Of a stretch of 40,095 nt of DNA, positions 7,534 to 16,479 are shown piece by piece. The stretch lies in the IMG/VR virus record IMGVR_UViG_2740892121_000006, positions 1 through 40,095 of that record. One strand, given 5' to 3'. This stretch comes from a virus. Lineage: Duplodnaviria; Heunggongvirae; Uroviricota; Caudoviricetes. A program made the translations under genes and the position numbers. Every line of letters starts with the position of its first letter. The stretch's first letter is position 1. Under the pieces are notes generated by a model that saw nothing but the letters and a program-made list of their open reading frames with translations, had not been told where the DNA came from and made no database searches.

Positions 7534-8226
7534 ATGAATACCAAACCTTCCATCTTTTCCTTTGAGTCATCCTGCCAGATCCGTATGTTCATGATTGACG
7601 GAGAACCTTGGTTTGTCACCAAAGATGTGTGCAATGCTTTGAATATTGATGTTACACAAGCGAGAAAACTTGATAAAAAAGGCTGGAACAAAAAGGGGCT
7701 GTATTCAATACAGACCCCTGGTGGAATACAAGAACTATCCATCGTTTCAGAATCAGGTCTCTACATCCTTATTCTGCGTTGCAAAGAGGCAATGACAGAG
7801 GGAACGAGAGCATTCAGATTTCTTGAATGGGTTACAGGTGAGGTTCTTCCTCAGATCCGCCGCACCGGAAGTTACATTAAAAACTCGCTCCCGCAGGAAG
7901 AACGCATAAAGATGGTTGCCGACCAGGTAGCCAACGCCACAGCATCAGCAGTGATGCAGGCAATGAAGATAGAGAACAAAACCTACAGTGCCCCACTGAA
8001 GCCCGGCTACCGCAGCCTGATTCACTCGCCGTCTGGTGTTCTCGGCCTGACGGAGAACTCACTGCTGATGAATCTGCTGAACCAGTTACAGGACGACGGG
8101 CACGACGTATCGGGCGCGGCGGCGGAGCTGACCACCATGTTCTGCTACATCGTTGGTGTGAGCAAATGCCTGCGTGATATCCAGACGCACGCGGAGTACA
8201 TCAACGACAAAGCAGGGTTCTTCTGA
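7534..8226 (+). CDS. Antirepressor (Bro-N/AntA-type N-terminal domain plus C-terminal domain)
   Basis: N-terminus IRMFMIDGEPWFVTKDVCNALNI...GLYILILR typical of Bro-N/Ant domain; ATG 7534 with SD AAAGGTGA; track ORF begins at TTG 7489. Confidence 0.7.
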   Translation: MNTKPSIFSFESSCQIRMFMIDGEPWFVTKDVCNALNIDVTQARKLDKKGWNKKGLYSIQTPGGIQELSIVSESGLYILILRCKEAMTEGTRAFRFLEWVTGEVLPQIRRTGSYIKNSLPQEERIKMVADQVANATASAVMQAMKIENKTYSAPLKPGYRSLIHSPSGVLGLTENSLLMNLLNQLQDDGHDVSGAAAELTTMFCYIVGVSKCLRDIQTHAEYINDKAGFF

Positions 8227-8309
8227 CGGAGGCGGCACAGGGATGTGCCTACAATTATCAATAATTGTTTACACTCGTTGCAGTTAAAAGCATTATACTC
8301 ATGTTTAAA

Positions 8310-8326
8310 ATTACCCGATTGGTAAA
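8310..8326. promoter_or_regulatory. 17-bp palindrome (candidate operator)
   Basis: ATTACCCGATTGGTAAA just downstream of a TATACT -10-like hexamer and 20 nt before ATG 8347. Confidence 0.45.
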
Positions 8327-8346
8327 GTCGATTGGTTGAGGTTCAT

Positions 8347-8673
8347 ATGAGCAGAAGATATGTCAAGGAGCTGGCTATAGAGTCTGGCACCCCTTTGGGT
8401 ATCGTTCCTGGCTCCAACTATGCCAAGGCTTTAAACCGAGACTCTGTCGTCAAAGTTATATCAAGAGACATGAATATGGTCGGAGACGATCTCAGACGGT
8501 CAGAAAATCGTGTTTATGCTGAATATATAGTAAAGAACGGAAAAAAAATTGCAGCGCCTGCTGGCGGAAAATGGGCAATAGTGACAGGGAAAAACTCAAA
8601 TGCAAGAGGAAAACCAGAAGCTAAAGGAATGTCCTTCGACAAATATGCAAAAATCTATTGGGCAACCAAGTGA
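8347..8673 (+). CDS. Hypothetical protein (moron operon, first gene)
   Basis: 108 aa from ATG 8347 with SD GAGGT; basic, no recognised motif. Confidence 0.45.
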   Translation: MSRRYVKELAIESGTPLGIVPGSNYAKALNRDSVVKVISRDMNMVGDDLRRSENRVYAEYIVKNGKKIAAPAGGKWAIVTGKNSNARGKPEAKGMSFDKYAKIYWATK

Positions 8674-9148
8674 TAACGAAGAAACTGAGTTCGAGGAAGT
8701 TGAGGAAGGGCTAAGTAACGAGATCATTCAACACCCAGATGCCTTCACAAGAGTTCTTGATCGCCCTGAAATTCAGGAGATAGTTGTCGCTCACCATGCG
8801 TTTCAGGGTCCGCTTCCTCCCCCCTATCTGCTTCGCGGGTATCAGGATATTTTACCTGATGCCCCCGAACGCATCTTCCAGCTGACGGAGAAGGAGTTTG
8901 CTCACCGCCAGAAAATGGAGGAAAAGGCACTTGACGGGGCTATTAATAGAGATAAACGTGGGCAGTGGTTTGGCCTGAGTGCAACTATTTTTACAGTAGC
9001 TTGTGCAACATTATTAGGTTTAACAGGTCATGAAGTTCTAGCTGGCACAGTGATCGGTACAGTTGTTGCAGTGGCTGGTATTTTCGTTCTTAGACAAAAA
9101 CCAAGCATCAAGAAGAAATCTGAAGACAACAAACCTGAAGAAAAGTAA
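8600..9148 (+). CDS. Membrane protein, acidic N-terminal domain plus two C-terminal TM helices (DUF2335-like by recollection)
   Basis: C-terminal hydrophobic helices FGLSATIFTVACATLLGL and TVIGTVVAVAGIFVL; start ambiguous (ATG 8600 or 8645); overlaps upstream gene. Confidence 0.45.
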   Translation: MQEENQKLKECPSTNMQKSIGQPSDNEETEFEEVEEGLSNEIIQHPDAFTRVLDRPEIQEIVVAHHAFQGPLPPPYLLRGYQDILPDAPERIFQLTEKEFAHRQKMEEKALDGAINRDKRGQWFGLSATIFTVACATLLGLTGHEVLAGTVIGTVVAVAGIFVLRQKPSIKKKSEDNKPEEK

Positions 9149-9169
9149 GCCCGCGCTGCGGGCTTTTTT
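9149..9169 (+). terminator. Rho-independent terminator
   Basis: GCCCGC-GCT-GCGGGC then TTTTTT directly after the TAA of 8600-9148. Confidence 0.65.
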
Positions 9170-9241
9170 GTGGACGAAACAAAAGTCAGTGCTACACTCA
9201 TTAACGCCACATTGAGGTGGCTTATAGATGGAAATTTCACA

Positions 9242-9403
9242 ATGAAAAAAGCATTTGCTGCACTGTTCGTTTTGTTGTCTCTGGTAGCTTCAACTCAGGC
9301 CTTTGCCGGTCGTTGTCAGCACGACAGCGACACTGCTGCTGACGGCTCCCGCTGCGGTGGGCGTTCTGCGGATTCCCGCCCGGGCGGCGGTGGCATTCGT
9401 TAA
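9242..9403 (+). CDS. Small secreted peptide (about 53 aa)
   Basis: MKKAFAALFVLLSLVASTQAFA signal peptide followed by Cys/Gly/Asp-rich 30 aa; ATG 9242 inside longer GTG-initiated track ORF. Confidence 0.4.
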   Translation: MKKAFAALFVLLSLVASTQAFAGRCQHDSDTAADGSRCGGRSADSRPGGGGIR

Positions 9404-9425
9404 AAACAAGGCCGCGAAAGCGGCC
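9404..9425 (-). terminator. Hairpin terminator for minus-strand gene 9440-9889
   Basis: GGCCGC-GAAA-GCGGCC (9410-9425); plus-strand A-run TAAAAACAA gives the T-run for the minus-strand transcript. Confidence 0.45.
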
Positions 9426-9426
9426 T

Positions 9427-9438
9427 GTGACATGTCAC
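9427..9438. repeat. 12-bp perfect palindrome GTGACATGTCAC (copy 1)
   Basis: Identical 12-mer recurs at 29024-29035; related GGCATGTCAC at about 26759. Confidence 0.5.
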
Positions 9439-9439
9439 G

Positions 9440-9889
9440 CTACTTGCGAAATCTTTCTTTACCCTTCCAGCCAGTAGATGTTAGTTCAGGATGAATGGTT
9501 CCCAATATAAAGCCAACCATAGCGGAGCGAGGATCTTCTATTTTATCCGTTAATTCTTCGGCATAACTCACAGGCAACCAAGCAACAAGATCACCAATCC
9601 TCAGCTTTGGTCCTTTGCTGTAAGATGAATCGGCAATAACAAAAAATCCACCATCAGCTGAGCACACCTTCAGCATTGCCCTTTGTCTTCCAGAATCTAG
9701 CAAAACTGGCTGTTCCCCACTTGGACCAGGTATGATGATGGCTGGCATTGGTTTATTGGCTGAAAGGCTTGTGTCAAGATACTTACACGCATACTCAAAA
9801 GCTGAAAAGTTATCCTTAAAGATAAGAGGTTGAATTTTATTGCTAACCTCCTTACCACCGATTAATCTGTTGATCATCTTCTTGAACAT
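9440..9889 (-). CDS. Hypothetical protein
   Basis: 149 aa from ATG 9889 with SD AGGTGA; track start is GTG 9898; no family recognised. Confidence 0.45.
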   Translation of the reverse strand: MFKKMINRLIGGKEVSNKIQPLIFKDNFSAFEYACKYLDTSLSANKPMPAIIIPGPSGEQPVLLDSGRQRAMLKVCSADGGFFVIADSSYSKGPKLRIGDLVAWLPVSYAEELTDKIEDPRSAMVGFILGTIHPELTSTGWKGKERFRK

Positions 9890-9901
9890 AAAGGTCACCT
9901 A

Positions 9902-10342
9902 ATGATTAAGCCGATGCACGCTATTACAGCTACCGTTTTGTTTATCCTACCAATTTTTTCGTTTGCAAACGACATATGTTTTAAGAATTTAATAAATGAG
10001 GATATGTGTGCACATGCAAACAAAATTGCATCAGAAGCAGGAAAGTCACTTCCCATAAAATTGAATGATAATATGTCTATTGTTTCAATAAATGCAATAC
10101 TAAACAAACTTTTAGTTGTAGCGCATCTTAATTACAACAACAGCTATTTATCAAAAGTTTATAACGGTGATGTAACCTTAGAAAATAAATTAAAGAGTGT
10201 AATGCGAAATTATTCAAAATCGAGCATTTGCTCCAACAGGCAAATGAAAGCATTTATTCACCTTGGCGGAGAGATTGAATATAGGTATGTATTTAGTGAT
10301 GGCAATATATTTGATACATACGCCATCACTAATTGTGAATAG
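9902..10342 (+). CDS. Secreted Cys-containing protein of unknown function (AT-rich moron)
   Basis: Signal peptide ending FSFA; 4 Cys; markedly AT-rich coding sequence; SD AAGGT; start only 13 bp from the divergent start at 9889. Confidence 0.45.
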   Translation: MIKPMHAITATVLFILPIFSFANDICFKNLINEDMCAHANKIASEAGKSLPIKLNDNMSIVSINAILNKLLVVAHLNYNNSYLSKVYNGDVTLENKLKSVMRNYSKSSICSNRQMKAFIHLGGEIEYRYVFSDGNIFDTYAITNCE

Positions 10343-13300
10343 CTATTTCATCTGCTCTTCAACTTTATTTAGTAACGGTGATATCGCCCACAGGTTCTGA
10401 AAAGGTAGCATTTTACGGACCGCGTGGGTTTGCTGGCTGTCAAATTCTCCGTTAAGTACACCATTCGCAACCGTCGCGGCATCACCGCCAAGATCAAAGG
10501 TAGGACCAAGTAAAGCACCAATAGCATTACGACTCTGAAACCTTGATACCGGAGGCGCACCAAACATCGCGCCAAGACCAAACCTACCGCCGCTTATGTT
10601 CTCAACGGTATTCAGCGGCTCAGAGAGCCAGCCAAGCATTCCGCCCCGGTCGATCCCCTCTTTCACAAGGTTATTCCAGCTGTAGTCGATATCGCGACCG
10701 CTTAACTTCTGTTTCATCATATAGACCATTGAGCCAAGCGCAATCGTGCCAAGCGCACCAAGATAGAATGCAGCATCGCCCTGCTGGATACCAGATACTA
10801 GCACCCTGTTATGCTGTGCGAAGATAAACGTTTTGAACTGCGTGATCATCTTCCAGCCTTCTTTACTAAAAAACAGCGGTGTATCACCTACGCCAGGCGT
10901 TACAATCACTGAGTCTACATCTTTCAGCACTGCAGACTGGAAAATCTCTCTAGCGAAACGGTCATCCCACAGATGACTATGCCCGGTTAACAGCCCGTCC
11001 ATATCCTCTCCGTGCTTCCCGAATTGCTCCCCGATTCGGCGCAGAACATCTTCATTGATGCCGACCTGTGCCATCTTCCGCATTTCACTTTTGGAGAGCG
11101 TGCCACCAGCAGAAACTTGGCGAGCCGCGTCAAGTATCCTCGACTGCACTATCATCCCGGACCATGATTTAAGTGCGCTGTTCCACTGATTCATCAGCGT
11201 CCAGTTACCGAATTTCTGCGTCATCCAGTTCAGACCTCGCTCAGCGGCGCTTCTCCGGCTATAGGGGTCAGTAAGATCCGCTATAGCCTTTGTACGCGTA
11301 GACAGGACATAATCAAGCCCAACGGCCATTTCTCGCAAATCCCTGGTTGCAATTTTCACTGAGTCCATATTTTTAAGCATGCTTACCATTGGTCCGAGAG
11401 ATTTTCTCAGGCCATGCTGCATCATCGGTCGCATCAGATCAGTTGCAGCGGAGACAGTCATTCCACCAAGCAAACGGAGGAAGTTAATATTCCTAGCAAC
11501 TCGCCCGGCACGAACAAAGAAACTGCGTGGATCTTGAGGTGCACCGTAAGTACCAAGCAGTCGATCACGCATAGCCGTAATATCCCTAATATCAGCCTCC
11601 CGTTGCTTCTCAAGAACTGCACGTCGTTTAGGTGTTTTAGCCTCTTTTATTAGCCGGGTATATTCCTCACTAACCTGACGGATTTGCTCCCCCATATCTT
11701 TACGGCCAAACTGCGCAGTCAGCTCAATTTCTGGTGCCACCTGCCGGAGATAACTTTCCATGATGTAGTTAACATCTGATTCAAGAAAATCTTCTATACG
11801 CTCATCAGGAATAAGCAGCGTTCTGCTTTTAGTGAAACCAGCCCGACCAACGAGTTTCTCTGGGATAATATCGGCTGGTACAAGCCCGGAAGGTGCGCCT
11901 ATTATTTTATTCACGATCTCGTCAGCAGCGTCCTCTGCTTCCTCTCGGGATAGAGGCTCCATCTGCTTCAGTGCTCGTTCGCGGCTTGCATTCAGCCTTG
12001 TGGTTGAATTTGCCCGTTTTTGCAGTCGGCGAAGCTCAGAACGATATTTCCGTGGATTATCCAGCAACTCCATATGGCGCTGATAGACAGGAAGCTCACT
12101 CTTTGCCTGCGCTATATCATCAAGGCGTGTTTTAAGGTCAGAGCTTTCTTTCATCATTCTTGCCTGAAGTTTTTCTGATGAAGTCTCGGCCAACTCTTTT
12201 TCTATTCTTGTAAGACGCGCCTGTGTGTCAGTCTCCTGAGATATAAGCTTATTTCGTTTATCCAGTTCTTCCATGAGTAGAATTTTTTTACCAGACCATT
12301 TCTCCGCTTCAGCGATTTCACTAGCGAGAGCATCAGCGCGCGGTGCCGATTCCTCTGCAGTTTTTAGCAATGAATTTATCCTTTCAATTCGCTGACCTGC
12401 TTTGTCAGCACCTTTGGCACTAATCCCTTGTATCCAGTTGGCAATTCGCCCTCTGAATTCAGTGCGGTCGGAAAGTATCTTATCGAACTTATAAATGCGG
12501 GGAAGATAACTTTTCGCCGTCACGACATCGATATCCTCAGGAAGGATCCCCAGTTCCTGCATACGGGCTTTTGTGGTCTCGAAAATGGGGCGGATTCTGG
12601 CGGCTGCTTGTGAAACCTCAGGAATATCACTCTGATCACCACGGCGCATAGCCATGCCAACAGCTTCATTGAAATCAATAAAGTTCATCCTCTTCACGCC
12701 GCGGGCGCTAACAGATTTGCTGTACTGCTGGTAAGCATCACGAGTGGCTTCCATCTGCTTATAAAGCATGGCGTCGTATTGCTTAATCTTAGTCTCGACT
12801 GCCGTAAACGTAGCCAACCCCTCATCATTTTTGGCGAAGAAATAGTTATTTTCGGCAAGCTGCTGGTTAATCTGACGGGAGACAAGAGATGGTGATTGAG
12901 CCAAGCGGCCAGCAGGAGTGACACTCAACGTTTTGTTAGCAAGTCCAAGTCCAGCGAGCTGTTCCTGATCGAGTGTGGTATTGAAAACCTGAGCTGCACC
13001 AATGCTTTGAGGAGAATCCATACCTCGCAAATGATTACCTACTGAGTTAACCACTGCCTCGCGCGCGCTAGGTCCAGCAAGTAGCTGTGCACCAGCACCA
13101 AGGATCCCACCAACGAGAGCATCAACAACAACGTTCGATACGCTCTCCATCGGTGAGCGAGCTTCCTGAGTGGCCTGTAATGCGGCTTCTGATACTCCCC
13201 CACCAGCAGCATTCGCCAGGGCAAAACGCCCTGCCGTCTCAGCAATACTTCCTCCACGCGCTACCGCCCCTACAGGGATAAACATTGCAGCCACATTAAC

Positions 13301-13732
13301 CGGGTCTATCATTCCCATTGCTAAGCTTGAAATAGTACCAGCACCACCCATTTCAGATAGATATTCTCTATCTGTTCTTTGCTTATCGATTCGATGTTTA
13401 ATTGCCATTGTTTCTTCATGCGAACCGGAGTTGATAAACGAATCTGCAAAATCTTCATAGCCTTTAATATCTGCTGCATCGTTATCAAATGGGTTATATC
13501 CTTCAACCCTGTCAAACTGACTGAAAGGAGCACTGGCAATAAAGCTACCCAGCGTGTTATCTATACGAAATGCTGCTTGTCTAGACCTTTGAACGCGTTG
13601 ATCACTGGTAAATGGGTTCACAGCAGAAAGCAAAGAAGGTGTTTCCATATAGAAATTACTGTCATCAGGTGCTGCTATTTGCTGAATATCCTCGCCAAGC
13701 AACTCTTTAGGATCCTGTTCATATATCGGCAT
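10343..13732 (-). CDS. Large internal virion / ejection protein (1129 aa)
   Basis: Gly/Ala-rich N-terminal region, long central coiled-coil (residues about 450-620); position equals T7 gp16 slot. Confidence 0.45.
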   Translation of the reverse strand: MPIYEQDPKELLGEDIQQIAAPDDSNFYMETPSLLSAVNPFTSDQRVQRSRQAAFRIDNTLGSFIASAPFSQFDRVEGYNPFDNDAADIKGYEDFADSFINSGSHEETMAIKHRIDKQRTDREYLSEMGGAGTISSLAMGMIDPVNVAAMFIPVGAVARGGSIAETAGRFALANAAGGGVSEAALQATQEARSPMESVSNVVVDALVGGILGAGAQLLAGPSAREAVVNSVGNHLRGMDSPQSIGAAQVFNTTLDQEQLAGLGLANKTLSVTPAGRLAQSPSLVSRQINQQLAENNYFFAKNDEGLATFTAVETKIKQYDAMLYKQMEATRDAYQQYSKSVSARGVKRMNFIDFNEAVGMAMRRGDQSDIPEVSQAAARIRPIFETTKARMQELGILPEDIDVVTAKSYLPRIYKFDKILSDRTEFRGRIANWIQGISAKGADKAGQRIERINSLLKTAEESAPRADALASEIAEAEKWSGKKILLMEELDKRNKLISQETDTQARLTRIEKELAETSSEKLQARMMKESSDLKTRLDDIAQAKSELPVYQRHMELLDNPRKYRSELRRLQKRANSTTRLNASRERALKQMEPLSREEAEDAADEIVNKIIGAPSGLVPADIIPEKLVGRAGFTKSRTLLIPDERIEDFLESDVNYIMESYLRQVAPEIELTAQFGRKDMGEQIRQVSEEYTRLIKEAKTPKRRAVLEKQREADIRDITAMRDRLLGTYGAPQDPRSFFVRAGRVARNINFLRLLGGMTVSAATDLMRPMMQHGLRKSLGPMVSMLKNMDSVKIATRDLREMAVGLDYVLSTRTKAIADLTDPYSRRSAAERGLNWMTQKFGNWTLMNQWNSALKSWSGMIVQSRILDAARQVSAGGTLSKSEMRKMAQVGINEDVLRRIGEQFGKHGEDMDGLLTGHSHLWDDRFAREIFQSAVLKDVDSVIVTPGVGDTPLFFSKEGWKMITQFKTFIFAQHNRVLVSGIQQGDAAFYLGALGTIALGSMVYMMKQKLSGRDIDYSWNNLVKEGIDRGGMLGWLSEPLNTVENISGGRFGLGAMFGAPPVSRFQSRNAIGALLGPTFDLGGDAATVANGVLNGEFDSQQTHAVRKMLPFQNLWAISPLLNKVEEQMK

Positions 13733-16479
13733 TATTTGCCCCCTGCGTATATATTGCTCGGAAGGTAATTGGCTGAACCATAACCGAATGGTTTGGTCAG
13801 ATCTGGAGGAGTATATCCATCTTTATTGCTGAACTGCGGCAGCGGATTGCCTTCTCTCCGCACTCTAGCCTCATCAACACGCTGTTGCTGGAACTGAATG
13901 GTTTGCCTGTACATTGGAGATGTCAGCTGATCCGGCTTGAAACGAACAGGGAGACCATTTTCTCCAATATAATTTCTCGGTTCTATCGCTCCGTTTGCGT
14001 CAGGCTGTAAAACCATAACAGCATAACTCCTATCCCTTGCCGTAAGGCCATCAGAAACAAGTATTAAGTCCGTATCACTGCGAGGACCGCCAAAGGATTT
14101 TGATTTAAGCTCGCGTTTTTCCTGCTCCCACTGCCCCTGTATCCAGTTACCAGCACCATTATTTACTCCGTACAATGCCTCAGGTGCATACTTCATAACC
14201 TCTGCTTTGCCATTAACCGTAGAAACTCCCCAGGTGGTTCTGATCATGGCATTGGTCATTTTCTCAGCCTGTTCTGCATCGCCACCTGTCTGTACAAAGT
14301 TAGCATCGTAAATTGTCTGGTAATCTCGCTGATAGGCCGCATTTGATTTTCCTGGATCGGTAATATCCGGAGACCACGAACCAAAGGAAGTCAGACTGCT
14401 GGCGTTATTTTGTGCAGCAGTTGCCCTCGCCGCGACATATTTTTTGTCTCGCATGGCAGTGGAAAGCATCTGTTTCATTCGGTCATCCTGTTGGAACACC
14501 TGGCTGTAAGCCATATCAACAGCCTTATCCTCCGGCACGCCAGCGCGGGAATAATCGTAAACCTTGCCGTAAAATGCCATCGTACTTTTATCAAGTGTTG
14601 CCGCTGCCGCCGGATTATTATCGAATAACTGACCGTAGAATTTTGCCATCGGGACAACCAGCGCAGGATCTCTTGATGTTGCTCCACTGTTAAGCATTGT
14701 TTTAACCTGAGTTGGTATCATGCCGCTTTTAGTTGTGACGGTGACCAGTGTATTGATGCTCTGCGGATCAGATATGGAAAACGAAGGCGCGATATCCTGC
14801 GCGAAATAACGGTCTACCGCTGCCTGATTGTTTTTGTCGTTCGGGTCCAGCGGGAAGTTATTTTGCATTGAAGACACGAACCTGTTTCTTCCCTGCTGAA
14901 TCTCCCACTCCCTATCCATCTCTTTAAATTTGGCCTGCATTTTCTCCCAGCGTTGCTGGTTAGCTGCAAATCCAGGAGCGTTTGGATCCTGTGGACGTAA
15001 ACGTTCAAGAATGTCTTGTCGTCCTTCTGGAGTGAGGTCTTTAGCGGCACCAATGACACCTCCATATTGTATCTGCGCCTGCATATCCTTCCACTTCATA
15101 GCGCCAATGCGCGGACCATTGGCCCGGATAAAATCGTCCTCAGAAGGTAACTTCTCAGGTTTCAATCCTTCATCAAGGGCTGAATATGCATCTTTAACTA
15201 CGGTGCTAAGCTGGTCCGCATACTGCTGGCGGTACTGATTTCTCAGCTCATTAGCCTGCCTCAATGCCTGTATTTGCATTTGAGGGCTCATAGCATCAAA
15301 TGCCGCATTGCCTGTATAACGCTTAGGTGAATCAAGGTTAGTTAGACCAAGGGCTGCCGAGATACCAGTTTCAAGCTGTTCGGTGCTATAAGGCATACTG
15401 CCATTTTCGTGTTTAATAATCCCAGCACATAAAGCAGCTAGTGTCTTTGGGTTAGAGATATCAAGCTGATCATTCTCCCCAACACCAAGCTCACCACACA
15501 ATGCCCTAATATAAGCATCAGTATTATTACCATCACTAGCCGGAGCATAGCGATTAACAATCTCGCTAACGGTGTCATAGCCTTGACGCTGGTAAGACAA
15601 CATATTTTTACCCAACGCGCGGATTCCATGCTCAGGGGTAGCAAACGTTGCAAAACGTCCATCGCTACCGATCTGACCTTCCCACGGGTTAGATTTGCTC
15701 GCTTCAATATTACCAGGGTTATTATTACGTAAACCACGAGCATCCAATGAATTACCATGTGATATTGCACGACTCACACCATCAAGATCCCCTGGCTCTC
15801 CATTAACCTGAAGAAACTCGTTGTATTTTTGAGCGATATTTCCTATCCATGCTTGCTGCCCCATTTGTTCCTTGAGCTGAGTTTTCTGCTGAACACGCCA
15901 CTCATCAGGAAGCCCATGCGCATCAGCGTATTGATCAATAGATTCAAATCGCTGCTTGGCTAAATCGACAAATGCTTGGTTATCGCTATATAGCCCCGCA
16001 GACTGAGTGACAGCCAATGCATTTCCTGACAAATACGTTTGATCTTGGAATTGCTGAAACTGCCCAACTTCATATCGACGTGCCTGATTGTAATAAGACT
16101 GCATAGACTGCTGGAGTTGAAAGGATAATTTATTCCTTTCCTCACTTTCAGGAATTGAACCTAATAATGCCTGAGCCCTTTCCTGCATATTTTTCATAAC
16201 AGCGTCACTCTGACCAAGAGCGTTTTTACCCTGTTTAGAAATCAGCCCACTTTCAGGGTTGTTAATCTGGTCATCTGCAAATTGGTTAAATTGCAGTAAC
16301 GCCTCCTGGGCCATAGCAACATTCGCTTTCTGCCTGGCTTCACCATATGCCACCGCATACTGATCTGCGACATTCGCCAGCACCTGACCTGCTTGAGGAA
16401 CATCGAAGATCTGAAAACCACCGGTTTGCACACCACGACTTTGCACCTGACGTCCGGATGTAGTAGGAACAACAGGCAT
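13732..16479 (-). CDS. Internal virion protein with putative cell-wall hydrolase-like motif region (915 aa)
   Basis: Conserved-looking block RGLRNNNPGNIE...GRFATFATPEHGIRALGKNM; ATGA overlap with downstream gene; position equals T7 gp15 slot. Confidence 0.45.
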   Translation of the reverse strand: MPVVPTTSGRQVQSRGVQTGGFQIFDVPQAGQVLANVADQYAVAYGEARQKANVAMAQEALLQFNQFADDQINNPESGLISKQGKNALGQSDAVMKNMQERAQALLGSIPESEERNKLSFQLQQSMQSYYNQARRYEVGQFQQFQDQTYLSGNALAVTQSAGLYSDNQAFVDLAKQRFESIDQYADAHGLPDEWRVQQKTQLKEQMGQQAWIGNIAQKYNEFLQVNGEPGDLDGVSRAISHGNSLDARGLRNNNPGNIEASKSNPWEGQIGSDGRFATFATPEHGIRALGKNMLSYQRQGYDTVSEIVNRYAPASDGNNTDAYIRALCGELGVGENDQLDISNPKTLAALCAGIIKHENGSMPYSTEQLETGISAALGLTNLDSPKRYTGNAAFDAMSPQMQIQALRQANELRNQYRQQYADQLSTVVKDAYSALDEGLKPEKLPSEDDFIRANGPRIGAMKWKDMQAQIQYGGVIGAAKDLTPEGRQDILERLRPQDPNAPGFAANQQRWEKMQAKFKEMDREWEIQQGRNRFVSSMQNNFPLDPNDKNNQAAVDRYFAQDIAPSFSISDPQSINTLVTVTTKSGMIPTQVKTMLNSGATSRDPALVVPMAKFYGQLFDNNPAAAATLDKSTMAFYGKVYDYSRAGVPEDKAVDMAYSQVFQQDDRMKQMLSTAMRDKKYVAARATAAQNNASSLTSFGSWSPDITDPGKSNAAYQRDYQTIYDANFVQTGGDAEQAEKMTNAMIRTTWGVSTVNGKAEVMKYAPEALYGVNNGAGNWIQGQWEQEKRELKSKSFGGPRSDTDLILVSDGLTARDRSYAVMVLQPDANGAIEPRNYIGENGLPVRFKPDQLTSPMYRQTIQFQQQRVDEARVRREGNPLPQFSNKDGYTPPDLTKPFGYGSANYLPSNIYAGGK

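Noticed and set aside
9427-9438. GTGACATGTCAC as a CRP binding site
   Set aside because: CRP half-sites TGTGA/TCACA need a 6-bp spacer; here the spacing is 2-4 bp.
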